A stretch of DNA of 64,000 bases from Macrostomum lignano (lineage: Eukaryota), in the NCBI GenBank assembly GCA_002269645.1, contig NIVC01003946.1, positions 1 to 64,000 of the forward strand, written 5' to 3'. The notes beneath the pieces are model-generated. The model was not told where the DNA came from. It was given only the letters and a program-made list of their open reading frames with translations, and ran no database searches. Position 1 is the stretch's first letter, and each line of letters opens with the position of its first letter. Position numbers and translations under genes: made by a program. Below, one piece after another: positions 1 to 12,109 of this stretch.

Positions 1-1407
1 GAGAAGAAAAATGATAGTCAAAACTATTTAGCCACAAAACTATTTAGCAGAAAACGCGCCTAACACAAAAACAACATAGTAGTCGTAGTCTGTTCATCAG
101 AAGTTGCTCATTAAAAATGAAATGTGCAATCCTTGAAGTGGCAATTCTCGAAAAACCGAACTGGCAACGACTGGATTTCCACGGCGTCAAGGTTGACTCC
201 ATCTTCGGCGGGAGGCAGCTCCGGCAAGTCTTCGAGCACTTGATAAATGAACTCAATTCTACATCCTGTTGATGCTCCTTTGCACTTAGCTCGGATAGTA
301 GTTCTAACTCATATCTAGATACTCCGTTAAGGCTGTCCACGGGAAGATGCGACAATTGATAAGCGCCACAGCCGAAAAAAGAAAAGACAGCTCTGTTAAT
401 CCCCGATCTCGACTATCTCTACTTCTCGTCAGCTCAAGCCTATCATCAGCTTATTCATTTATAGTCTATGGCCCAACAGCTTTTTTATTTATAGTCTATG
501 GCCCAACCACCGCCCTCCTTACGCAGTCGCACGCACGCAGACTCTTACCCTGAAATAATGACCGCTTCCGGCACGCTGAAATAATGGCCAGGCTGTGTCT
601 TATAGACAATGACGTTGCGTAGTAGGTAAGGGGCTGAAATAATGGCCTTAGACACTCGTGCGCGGGCAATCTACCATTGCCACATATGTAGCTCGTAGCA
701 ATGCATGATTGTCACACGCTTCGCGAGTGGCTTGATCAATAGGACAATAATATTGTCTATATGATTTCTTCCATAGACAATGCTCGAAGCCACTCGAGGC
801 AATTCGTACATTGCCTATATCAGAAATCATTTAGACAACTAACCATTGCTAGGGTTTTCTATGCTCGTATAGATAACAGATTTTGCAAAGATTGCTGTTT
901 TACACAGTGCTAATGGGGTTATGCCATAGAAAAATGCACTAAAGTGATGGGAACATGGATGAAGGATTCCTTCCTTCATCCATGGATGGGAACAGCTGAA
1001 ATTTCTTCGATGTTCGACTTCGTTGACTTTTAACGCTTTGAACAAAGCCCTAATATTAACAAGACAAATAAAGAGGAAATAGCCAGAGCTGAGGCTACGG
1101 AGCAGACCCACGTTGGCTGCCAATTCATTTGTTTCTTTGTTGGAAAAAGACACAACAGTTTTGTATTCATTACTTTATTGCTGCCTAGTGCCTGATCACA
1201 ATGCATGGAAAAGGCCAGCTCATTGGAGTGCAACAAGTTTTCATTTGGTGCCTGCGTGATTTGTAAGGAAGGCTGCTTGCGTGCGGGAGATAATACTATT
1301 CATATATGAAAGTGTTTTGACGGTCATCAGCAACCTTAGTTAACAAAATTCACAAACAGCACACCTGTCGCCTGTGGATTCCCGGCCAGTATTCCTGTGG
1401 ATTCCCG

Positions 1408-2240
1408 AGACGTCCTGCTGAGCGACTTCCTCGTTGACCGAGTTTACGTGTGGATCCGATTATCAGGGGTGGCTGGAAAAGTTGCTGAGCCAGTTCACGC
1501 TGGTGAACTGCTCTGCTGGTCCGGCGGCTGCTGCTGGAAGTCCGAAAACTTTTACACACATCAGGCGTGTTGGACGTTTCGTCATGCTGCAGAAGAATGC
1601 CACTGGTCTCGCTTCTGAGCAGCTCGTCATGAGCCTGAACGAACTTGAAGTGTTCGGTTGAGACGTCTGTAAGTTCGAGTTTATTGTTACCTTGAGCCTG
1701 GAGATGATGCTTCCTGTGCAGCTGCACGAAGTGTTTCTCACCGCGACCGTTCTGGACGTCATCAAAACGGAGATCACCTTCGATTTACCCATCATTGGAG
1801 ACGAATGGACTGACGAAATCAAAATCACGAAATTCTACAGAACCGGAGATCATGACGAGTGCGCGCGGTACCTGAATGACTGGACGGGCGGGTCGTTGCA
1901 GCTGACCATTTCCGGCATGTTTTTACACCAAAAAGAGCAGCAACTTTATCAAGAAACGTTTGCTTCAACTTGATCATCTGCTTCACTCCCAGCTCCGATT
2001 CTGTGCGGCGGCGGCGGCGAGGCCTTCGAGCTCTGGAGGCCAAGCCGAACACATCCAGCGGCACCCGCCGACTTCTGCACTGCACCGATCCGCTGCCGCA
2101 GCCGGCAGCTCAGTCCCGGTTGCCATGGCTACGCCGAACGCGTTAGCAACCGACTGGCTGCCCCTGAGGCTGCTGCAGCGGCCGGCTCTGAGCCCGGCTG
2201 GCGCGGCCGCCTTCGGCAGGCGGTCGGCGGAGTGTACAGC
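1408..2240 (+). pseudogene. Inverted, damaged partial copy of the neighbouring lectin gene
   Basis: Translates to LLSDFLVDRVYV / GSDYQGW...VGRFVMLQKNATGLASEQLVMSLNELEVFG, PVQLHEV...LNDWTGGSLQLTISG and PVAMATPNALATDWLPLRLLQRPALSPAGAAAF, each matching the - strand gene at 4830-3400. It has a ~53-nt deletion at 1451/1452, a 1-nt deletion near 2035, and is cut off by a 14-mer array at ~2244. Confidence 0.8.
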
Positions 2241-2243
2241 GGC

Positions 2244-2400
2244 AGTCAATTTGTATCAGTCACTTTCTGATAATCAGTTTGTGATATTCAGTTTGTGACA
2301 GTCAATTTGTGACAGTCAATTTGTGACAGTCAATTTGTGACAGTCAATTTGTGGCAGTCAATTTGTGACAGTCAATTTGTGACAGTCAGTTTGTGACAGT
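2244..2400. repeat. 14-bp tandem repeat (GTCAATTTGTGACA)n
   Basis: Direct reading; it abuts the 3' truncation of the lectin pseudo-copy. Confidence 0.9.
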
Positions 2401-3039
2401 GACCCGTCAGACAAAGAACAGGGCCAGTCAACCCAGACAGATTGAAATTTCTATTCAGGGTAACGGGCTTCAATAACTCAGACTGGATAAACACACAGAG
2501 AGCGCAAAGGCAGTCTCTGGACACTGAACTCTATTGCTCAAATTTAAGATGACTGTATTCTTTAAATTTGTAATAATTTTTGTAATAGCAGAAGGTAAAA
2601 ACATCATCTTATAAAGGCTTGAAATGTCAATTTTCTCTGTCTCGCCAATGCGTACTTATATTTCATGTACATGTATTCTGAGTGGCAATTGAAGGCTTTA
2701 ACACGTCACTCCATTTCTTATTGACAGTCGCGTAATGGAAGCAATTAAAGTCTGAAATGTCAACGAGATCAATAAAAAGTTGACATTACTTTGTTTGAAC
2801 TGTCATGCTGTCAGACTTGCCATTTTAAATTTCTTTTTTTCAATGCTAAAGGCTTGGCCTTAGAAAGATAGCTGCTTTAGCTTAAATTCTTAAGCGTCGT
2901 ATATAAACAGTCGTCGATATTTTGAGTCAGTATATTTATAAAGAAAAATTTAACAGAAACATATTCACACAAAAGCGCATCAATGTACTTCAATATTTAA
3001 TAAAAATATATATTTTTAATAAGCATACCTACCTTTGCC

Positions 3040-6000
3040 TTACCTTTGTGAGACAGCGGGTTGAAATAATGATAAAGTCACCCAGAGGGAATGCTCACCG
3101 GAGTCGCAGGCGGCCTCGAAGCTGCTCACCAGCCCGACACCGTCAGCCTCCGCCAGTCGCAGCGTCGCCACGCCGACTGCCGACTCCGCTGCCAGAAGGC
3201 CTGCCGCGCCATGCCGCAGCTCGAGTCTCCCGCAGCAGGACGTCGCGTGCGGCTGCGCCAGGCTGAAGGTCGCTCGCTGACGCTCCGCCTCGGCGTCGGC
3301 ACCGCCGCCGCTCGTCGGGCGAAACAGCGCCGCGGTGTCGTTGGCTCCGGTCGGCAGGATGCTCAGGAACCAGCCGGGAGCTGCCGCAGCTTCGAAGGAC
3401 GCCGCCGACCGCCGGCGGAAGGCGGCCGCGCCAGCCGGGCTCAGAGCCGGTCGCTGCAGCAGCCTCAGGGGCAGCCAGTCGGTTGCTAACGCGTTCGGCG
3501 TAGCCATGGCAACCGGACTGAGCTGCCGGTCGCGGCTGTGGACCAGTGCAGAAGTCGGCGGGTACCGCTGGATGTGTTCGGCTTGGCCTCCCAGAGCTCG
3601 AAGGCCTCGCCGCCGCCGCACAGAGTGGGAGCTGGGAGTGGAACGGGATTTTGAATTGCGGTTACCAGCTGTGCTAGAATAAAGGTTTCACATTGAGAGA
3701 AGTCAAGTTAGCTGATATTCATACTCATAATTGTATTTTAAAGGCGTCAAGTAGCTGTCTGCGGTAAATCCGGCTGACTCTTGCGCTACGCGACCCCCAG
3801 ACTTATTTATTGCGCGCCCGCCTTCATTTGGGGCTTGTGTGCACGGATATTGGCCAGGTGGGGTGCGATTCACAGCCAAGAGGGCCAACAGCCGTTCTGT
3901 AGTTGTTATTATTATCGGACTTTAAGCGTCACTAAAAACTAATCCTCACCAACTGAAGCTGCGAACACCTGAATCTCGCAGATGGACAGCTGCGACGTCC
4001 CGTCAATGGTCATCCGAACCATCTGACCAGTCCGGTCCTTGAGATGCACTCGCTGTTGAACTTGGCCAACTTTGTTGCCTCTAAATGACACGTTTGCCAG
4101 AGCAGTGCCGTTGGACGATGCGTCTTGCACTCCGTAAAACTGCAAACTGGTTTCAGCATTGGACGCTGCCTGAACAGCCAGAATGACTGAGGCTTCGTGC
4201 AACTGCACCGGACGCAGAAAGTCCACGAGAAGCCACGCGGTGGAGTCATTGGATGTTGCGATCGGCGAGTTGAAGCAGTTGCTGAGTTTGGCATCGACTG
4301 ACAACTCAGTGCTGACTGCAGAACTGGCGGCGGTCGGCATGCCCTCCGACACGAGTGGAACTGCAAGTGGCGACAAGTGGCGATTGCTAAGCAAGCTCTA
4401 ATCTATGCGAAAAAATCCATACGCAAAGCACTCACAGACGTCCCAGCCGAAGACCTCGACCTCGCACAGGTTCATGATCAGCTGATTGGAAGCCAGACCC
4501 GTGACGTTCTTCTGCAGCACGATGAACCGTCCAACGAGCAGGATGTCCGAAAACGGTACTACCTGAGGACTCAGACTCGCCGGACCAGCGTAGTAATTCA
4601 CCTGTGCGAACTGGCTCGGCGACCAGGTGACCCACGACTGCGGATCCGATCCCACACCGAGAGTCACCTGTCGGAACCGAGTGTAGCAGCAGTCCTGACG
4701 GTTGTACACGTCCACTCGGTCGATGAGGAAGTCGCGCAGCAGGTCGATCATGAACCAGGGCGTCGGGTCGGAAGCGAAGGTCTCAGCGCACGAGCCGGAG
4801 CTCCATCTTCCATTGTGGTTTCCGTCCACCAGGGAGGACGCGTACAGCCCGGCGTAGTTGATGGTGGAGAAGCGGGCCGGCTGGCCGCGAGACCGCAGGG
4901 ACGAAGCGGCTGAAAAAGCAGAGCTTTCAGAAAGTTAAACAACAATGACAGCTCACAGCTCCACAGAGGAGGTCCTCAGCCGACTCACCAGTGCTGCAGT
5001 TCACGGTGAAGCTCAGCTCGGCCGCTGTCAGTCCCACAGCCGACCCGCCTGCCTCAGTGGAGTTCGGCGACAAAAGTCCGACGAAAATCCCCGGCCGCAG
5101 GACGCTCTCAAAGCTGACACCGCCGTCTGCTCCGGACAGTCGAGTCCGAAAGCTGGCCGCAGTCAGCTGTGCCGCCGATGTGAGCGGAGTCGCGTCGAGT
5201 CTCGAGCCGTTGCCGGCCGTCAGGAACAGAGTCGGAGCGCCGTCGGACAACAGGAGAGCCAGAGTGTCCGGCCGAGCTGGCAGGAGGTTCACCGCTTCGA
5301 ACATCGCCGATCGGACGCACGGAGCGGCACCGAGGGTCGCGGAAGCGACGAGGCTTTCGGTGGAGGCGTCGAGACAGAGTTGAGCAGCTGGAGTCAGCTG
5401 AGCAGCGAGACTGAGCTGCTCATTGGGACACAGCGGTAGACCTGCATTCCAAGTTGATGGGCTTTCAGTCAGAGTAAATTATTATGCTAATCTATTTGTG
5501 AAAATTTTACGATAGACTGGTGCTTGTAAAAGTGTGTGAATGGGCCTTTCGCTTGGCGTGCGATGCACCCCCATCTGCACAGAGTGAATTTATGATTTAT
5601 GGTGATAGGAAAGTCAGGGCTGTCGTATGCACTGCAGTTAGCTAGCTCAATTTCTACAAATGCAACCAAAATACAAAAATCTGGCGAACTTTTTTAGGCA
5701 CTGGCATACAAAAAAATTCGCCTGGAACCGAGCAAGGAAGATGGGGCCCGGTTCCTCCGCGGGGGGCTCGGCAGGGTCACAGGCACGTAGCAAAGCAGCA
5801 ACAACAATCGCAGCGATTTTCTTTGAATTAAAAACTAGAGGCCGATTGTCGTTTCGAGCAGAGCAGCCCCCCCCCCTATTCATTTGATGCAGCCAGCATG
5901 ACTAGCAATTTTTCTGATGGATTGCACGGTACACAGAGATGGCTGATCAATTCAATAGAAATATCTTCCCTTCTGGGAAACTACTCTAAATTCCAAGCGC

Positions 6001-7598
6001 ATGCAGTTCATTGTTAGCAGACTGGTTGCCTTCTGACGTAAGGTTGTTGAGTAATGAGCAGTGGAGAATAATATAACGAATTCAAGGCCATTATAGCCCT
6101 TGTTTCTTCTTTAGTAAAGAAGAGGCTGTGTGACTACCAATTAGTGTTAGACTGGGGTTCGTGTCAGAGTGGTAAAGCTGCTTGATAGCTTAGGTAGTCT
6201 TGACTGTGTCTAGATCTATATGTGATCTATAGATCTAGATCTATATCTATATCTGAGGTCTATGCTACAGAGTGGCAAGGTGCTGATTAGGTCTGAGTGA
6301 TTACCTATGCCTGAGGGAGTAGGTCTATGTCACAGAGTGGTAAGGTGCTGATTAGGTCTGAGTGATTACCTATGCCTGAGGGAGTAGGTCTATGTCACAG
6401 AGTGGTAAGGTGCTGATTAGGTCTGAGTGATTACCTATGCCTGAGGGAGTAGGTCTATGTCACAGAGTGGTAAGGTGCTGATTAGGTCTGGGTGATTACC
6501 TATGCCTGAGGGAGTGGGTCTATGCTACAGAGTGGTAAGGTGCTGATTAGGTCTGAGTGATTACCTATGCCTGAGGGAGTGGGTCTATGCTACAGAGTGG
6601 TAAGGTGCTGATTAGGTCTGAGTGATTATCTATGCCTGAGGGAGTAGGTCTATGTCACAGAGTGGCAAGGTGCTGATTTGGTCTGAGTGATTACCTATGC
6701 CTGAGGGAGTAGGTCTATGTCACAGAGTGGTAAGGTGCTGATTAGGTCTGAGTGATTATCTATGCCTGAGGGAGTAGGTCTATGTCACAGAGTGGCAAGG
6801 TGCTGATTTGGTCTGAGTGATTACCTATGCCTGAGGGAGTAGGTCTATGTCACAGAGTGGTAAGGTGCTGATTTTTTTTTTTTTTTTTTTTAGAGGCAGG
6901 GGGGTTGTGTGCACCCTGGCGCACTTTAATAAGCGACATGGGCACACAACCGGCGAGAGGCATTGCTGCCCATTCCGCCGACTCCCCTGAGCAGGCATAC
7001 AAGCGCGCGGATACGTACGCAGGCACACACTCACACAGGAGTGTACAGCGGCCCTAACTTTATATTATCGTTAGGCATGTACACTTCACTGCGCCTTGGG
7101 GGGTTGGCTCTCAAGGCCGTTAATTGCACGAGCAGAGCCAAGCCGAGATTCCAATTCAGCCCCAAATTAATGTGACTGCACTTGGAATCGAGCCTGGGTC
7201 GCTGGCACACCAGAGCAGCTGCGCTACCGCTGGGCTACGGCCCCCCTAAGGTGCTGATTAGGTCTGAGTGATTATCTATGCCTGAGGGAGTAGGTCTATG
7301 TCACAGAGTGGTAAGGTGCTGATTAGGTCTGAGTGATTACCTATGCCTGAGGGAGTGGGTCTATGCTACAGTGTGGTAAGGTGCTGATTAGGTCTGAGTG
7401 ATTACCTATGCCTGAGGGAGTTGGTCTATGCTACAGAGTGGTAAGGTGCTGATTAGGTCTGGGTGACTACTTGTAACTTCGATACGCAGTTCCGTTGATT
7501 GCAATAAACCCAAAAAGACAGGCAACAGTCTCACCTGAACAAAAGTCTGGAAGCTGAATTGCAGCCGAAAGAGCCATCAAGAGGGCGAGAGGCCTCAT
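3040..7598 (-). CDS. Secreted multidomain lectin-like protein (signal peptide + AbfB/CBM42-like + F-type lectin + FTP-like + AbfB-like); exons ~7598-7535, 5441-4957, 4910-4436, 4360-3950, 3631-3099/3040
   Basis: Signal peptide MRPLALLMALSAAIQLPDFCS is followed by a GTGAGA donor. The F-type lectin signature is VDGN...CAET...PWFMIDL...IDRVDVYNRQDCCYTR...NLCEVEVF, and a second FTP-like unit reads WLLVDF...LSICEIQVF. AbfB-like motifs are ASFRTRLSGADGGVSFESVLRPGIFV and ASFEAAAAPGWFL. Most junctions are GT-AG and phase-compatible. The 4957/4910 junction is unresolved and a 1-nt deletion at 3515-3516 is needed to keep the frame. Confidence 0.7.
6262..7466. repeat. 65-bp minisatellite in lectin intron 1, interrupted by a SINE
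   Basis: Unit CACAGAGTGGTAAGGTGCTGATTAGGTCTGAGTGATTACCTATGCCTGAGGGAGTAGGTCTATGT, period 65 (6331, 6396...). Confidence 0.95.
6872..7246 (-). mobile_element. tRNA-derived SINE, full length, with poly(A) tail and 13-bp TSD
   Basis: The - strand 5' end GGGGGGCCGTAGCCCAGCGG...GGCTCGATTCC carries A and B boxes. There is a T20 run at 6872-6891, TSD TAAGGTGCTGATT at 6861-6873 and 7247-7259, and a 10-bp stem (6903-6912/6942-6951) near the 3' end. Confidence 0.9.
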
Positions 7599-7839
7599 CG
7601 TTTTGTCCTCGGTGTTGCAAAGCAATGCAGTGACAATCTTGAGCAGCAGTTTGGAACCCAAGAAGATGGAGAAAGAAATGAGCAGACAAGTTGTCTGCGA
7701 AGTCACAGATCATCAGCATATACAGGTCTCTACCTGGAGCCTGATTGGCTTGAAGCAATTTGCCCAGCCACATGTGAATGAGCCTTCACTTGCCCCGTTA
7801 ATGTTCACCTAAATGATTCAGATCTTAACGGCTAGCTGT

Positions 7840-9200
7840 ATCTGATCTATAAGGCCTCTCTACCATTGTGTCTGATCTATAAGACCACTTTACCATTGTG
7901 TCTGATCTATAAGGCCTCTCCATCATTGTGTCTTATCTATAAGGCCTCTCTACCATTGTGTCTGATCTATAAGGCCATTCTAGCATTGTTCGACCACTCT
8001 AACACTGTTTCGGATCTATAAGGCCATTATAAACACTGTGTCTGATCTATAAGACCACTCTACCATTGTGTCTGATCTATAAGGCCTCTCTACCATTGTG
8101 TCTGATCTATAAGGCTACTTTACCATTGTGTCTGATCTATAAGACCACTCTAACACTGTTTCGGATCTATAAGGCCACTATAAACACTGTGTCTGATCTA
8201 TAAGACCACTCTACCATTGTGTCTGATCTATAAGGCCATTCTAGCATTGTTCGACCACTCTAACACTGTTTCGGATCTATAAGGCCATTATAAACACTGT
8301 GTCTGATCTATAAGACCACTCTACCATTGTGTCTGATCTATAAGGCCTCTCTACCATTGTGTCTGATCTATAAGGCTACTTTACCATTGTGTCTGATCTA
8401 TAAGACCACTCTAACACTGTGTCTGATCTATAAGGCCATTCTACCATTGTGTCTGATCTATAAGGCCTCTCTACCACTGTGTCTGATGTATAAGGCCATT
8501 CTACCATTGTGTCTGATCTGTAAGGCCTCTTTACCACTGTGTCTGATGTATAAGGCCATTCTATCACTGTGTCTGATCTATAAGGCCATTTTACCATTGT
8601 GTCTGATCAATAAGGCCTCTTCATCGTTGTGTCTGATCTATAAGGCCTCTCCATCATTGTGTCTGATCTATAAGGCCGCTCTACCATTGATCTGATGTAT
8701 AAGGCCATTCTATCATTGTGTTTGATCTATAAGGCCATTCTATCATTGTGTCTGATCTATAAGGCCTCTCTACCACTGTGTCTGATGTATAAGGCCATTC
8801 TATCATTGTGTCTGATCTATAAGGCTACTTTACCATTGTGTCTGATCTATAAGGCCTCTCTACCACTGTGTCTGATGTATAAGGCCATTCTATCCCTGTG
8901 TCTGATCTATAAGGCCATTCTATCATTGTGTCTGATCTATAAGTCAACTCTACCATTGTGTATGATCTATAAGGCAACTCTACCATTGTGTCTGATCTAT
9001 AAGGCCACTCTACCATTGTGTCTGATGTATAAGGCCATTCTATCACTGTGTCTGATCTATAAGGCCATTCTATCATTGTGTCTGATCTATAAGGCCTCTC
9101 TACCACTGTGTCTGATCTATAAGGCCAGTCTACCACTGTGTCTGATCTATAAGGCCATTCTATCACTGTGTCTGATCTATAAGGCCATTCTACCATTCTG
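7840..9200. repeat. 30-bp minisatellite (TGTGTCTGATCTATAAGGCCWYTCTACCAT)n
   Basis: Direct reading; source of the LCLIYKA.LP pseudo-ORFs. Confidence 0.95.
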
Positions 9201-10065
9201 TCTTATGTTAATAGCTGCAATTTTCATATAGACTAGTTCTGCTTGCATTGCACTTTTATTACTGTCGTGCCATATTTTCTAATCAGCCACTACCCGAGAC
9301 AGATATGCTCTCTATCCTTCCATCCATGGACTACTTAGCGGAGCATCTGGACTGGCCAAAAAACAAGAAAATTTGGCGAAAAAATGCTTCAAATATTTTC
9401 GTAACGAGTTTCTCCTCTCGTTATTAGAAAAATTCAAACTAAAAATCTCAGTCCAGATTTCCCATAGTAGTAGTCCATGATCCCAAGTGTCTTTGTAAGT
9501 AGCAACTGGACTAGAAGGCGATCGAAAACTCCCCTAAGTTCTCTAACTTTGTCTTACCCTAATCGGGCCTTCTGGTCCGTTGTACCCACAGTGCTGTGCT
9601 GCACTTGCTCGATCCAGCTCTAACCCCCCCCCGCTGCGAACCAGAGCCCTTCAACCTATCCGAGGCGGGGGGAGGGCATCTAGTCTTCACAGGCCAGTTT
9701 CCAACCAGCTTCATCTGCTCAGTTGCCGTCTGCCCTGCAAACTGGCTCAAGCAGTGCCTCGCCTGCAGCAAGCACACTATTGATTGATACCCTAAGCTTC
9801 TCGCTTCTTTGATTAACGTTAATTCTGCTCCTAAAAGAAGATCTTCAGACAAAGTGAGGCTTTTCTATACCTGTGTATTTTAAACATCCCAATCCTAAAT
9901 CCCAATTTAAAATCCCAATCTGAAATCCCAATCTGAAATCCCAATCTAAAATCCCAATCTGAAATCCCAATCTGAAATCTCCTTCATCCAGTCTCTCCTT
10001 CATCCTGAGCGCTCCAGAATCAGCCGCCGCATCATTCGGTGAAGGAGCCGCATGGGTTCGGCGCC

Positions 10066-10176
10066 ATGGGCAGGCGGATTCGGCGAATTGGCCGATACCT
10101 GCTGAGCGGCTGCACCCTGGGGCGCGGCGGCTTCGCTCGAGTGGAACTGGCGGTTCACGAGGTCACTCAGTGCGAG
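10066..10176 (+). CDS. HUNK: HUNK-like kinase exon A (subdomain I, Gly-rich loop)
   Basis: MGRRIRRIGRYLLSGCTLGRGGFARVELAVHEVTQCE, then a GTAACC donor (phase 0). Resembles HUNK RVGNYLIG..LGEGSFAKV. The exon may start at an acceptor at 10018. Not present in the ORF track. Confidence 0.85.
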
Positions 10177-10180
10177 GTAA

Positions 10181-11826
10181 CCTAGATCCAAGATCCTAGA
10201 TCCCAGATCCTAGATCCCAGATCCTAGATCCCAGATCCTAGATCCCAGATCCTAGATCCCAGATCCTAGATCCCAGATCCTAGATCCCAGATCCTAGATC
10301 CCAGATCCTAGATCCCAGATCCTAGATCCCAGATCCTAGATCCCAGATCCTAGATCCCAGATCCTAGATCCCAGATCCTAGATCCCAGATCCTAGATCCC
10401 AGATCCTAGATCCCAGATCCTAGATCCCAGATCCTAGATCCCAGATCCTAGATCCCAGATCCTAGATCCCAGATCCTAGATCCCAGATCCTAGATCCCAG
10501 ATCCTAGATCCCAGATCCTAGATCCCAGATCCTAGATCCCAGATCCTAGATCCCAGATCCTAGATCCCAGATCCTAGATCCCAGATCCTAGATCCCAGAT
10601 CCTAGATCCCAGATCCTAGATCCCAGATCCTAGATCCCAGATCCTAGATCCCAGATCCTAGATCCCAGATCCTAGATCCCAGATCCTAGATCCCAGATCC
10701 TAGATCCCAGATCCTAGATCCCAGATCCTAGATCCCAGATCCTAGATCCCAGATCCTAGATCCCAGATCCTAGATCCCAGATCCTAGATCCCAGATCCTA
10801 GATCCCAGATCCTAGATCCCAGATCCTAGATCCCAGATCCTAGATCCCAGATCCTAGATCCCAGATCCTAGATCCCAGATCCTAGATCCCAGATCCTAGA
10901 TCCCAGATCCTAGATCCCAGATCCTAGATCCCAGATCCTAGATCCCAGATCCTAGATCCCAGATCCTAGATCCCAGATCCTAGATCCCAGATCCTAGATC
11001 CCAGATCCTAGATCCCAGATCCTAGATCCCAGATCCTAGATCCCAGATCCTAGATCCCAGATCCTAGATCCCAGATCCTAGATCCCAGATCCTAGATCCC
11101 AGATCCTAGATCCCAGATCCTAGATCCCAGATCCTAGATCCCAGATCCTAGATCCCAGATCCTAGATCCCAGATCCTAGATCCCAGATCCTAGATCCCAG
11201 ATCCTAGATCCCAGATCCTAGATCCCAGATCCTAGATCCCAGATCCTAGATCCCAGATCCTAGATCCCAGATCCTAGATCCCAGATCCTAGATCCCAGAT
11301 CCTAGATCCCAGATCCTAGATCCCAGATCCTAGATCCCAGATCCTAGATCCCAGATCCTAGATCCCAGATCCTAGATCCCAGATCCTAGATCCCAGATCC
11401 TAGATCCCAGATCCTAGATCCCAGATCCTAGATCCCAGATCCTAGATCCCAGATCCTAGATCCCAGATCCTAGATCCCAGATCCTAGATCCCAGATCCTA
11501 GATCCCAGATCCTAGATCCCAGATCCTAGATCCCAGATCCTAGATCCCAGATCCTAGATCCCAGATCCTAGATCCCAGATCCTAGATCCCAGATCCTAGA
11601 TCCCAGATCCTAGATCCCAGATCCTAGATCCCAGATCCTAGATCCCAGATCCTAGATCCCAGATCCTAGATCCCAGATCCTAGATCCCAGATCCTAGATC
11701 CCAGATCCTAGATCCCAGATCCTAGATCCCAGATCCTAGATCCCAGATCCTAGATCCCAGATCCTAGATCCCAGATCCTAGATCCCAGATCCTAGATCCC
11801 AGATCCTAGATCCCAGATCCCAGATC
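10181..11826 (+). repeat. 14-bp satellite (AGATCCCAGATCCT)n, left arm of an inverted pair
   Basis: ~1.65 kb nearly perfect array; reverse complement of 14302-14778. Confidence 0.97.
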
Positions 11827-11836
11827 CCAATCCCAC

Positions 11837-11985
11837 CTGGAGTCAGATGCGCCATGTTCTCCTTGAACCGAGGCGGGTGAAGACCAGCGCTAATGATGCC
11901 CGCCAGACGTTTTCCTCGGTGCTGATCGAAGTAGGGCGAATCGAAAGGCAGCTGGCCGACAACCATGACGAACAGGACTACGCCT
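11837..11985 (-). CDS. HUNK: HUNK-like kinase exon E (subdomains IX-X), inverted
   Basis: (L)GVVLFVMVVGQLPFDSPYFDQHRGKRLAGIISAGLHPPRFKENMAHLTP; CTACAG acceptor phase 2, GTGGGA donor phase 1; 149 nt. Confidence 0.9.
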
Positions 11986-12057
11986 CTGTAGAAAATTAAG
12001 GAGGTTTGGCTTAAATAAAAAATAAGATGCTTCAACCAGAGAAGTCCCTCATCCACC

Positions 12058-12088
<31 letters not shown>

Positions 12089-12109
12089 GAACCGGTCTAG
12101 CCACCTCTC

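Noticed and set aside
44-355. - strand fragment ending FFENCHFKDCTFHF, reminiscent of C-termini of tyrosine-recombinase/Crypton-derived proteins
   Set aside because: Needs a frameshift and shows no catalytic R-H-R-Y motifs; too little to call. A profile search of all three - frames would settle it.
6262-9231. 65-bp and 30-bp repeats as CRISPR or repeat-protein genes
   Set aside because: Contiguous units without spacers; ORFs are repeat artefacts.
10000-10191. - strand ORF as the continuation of the kinase after exon E
   Set aside because: It lacks subdomain XI and is the antisense shadow of the real + strand exon A; subdomain XI is at 14814 (+).
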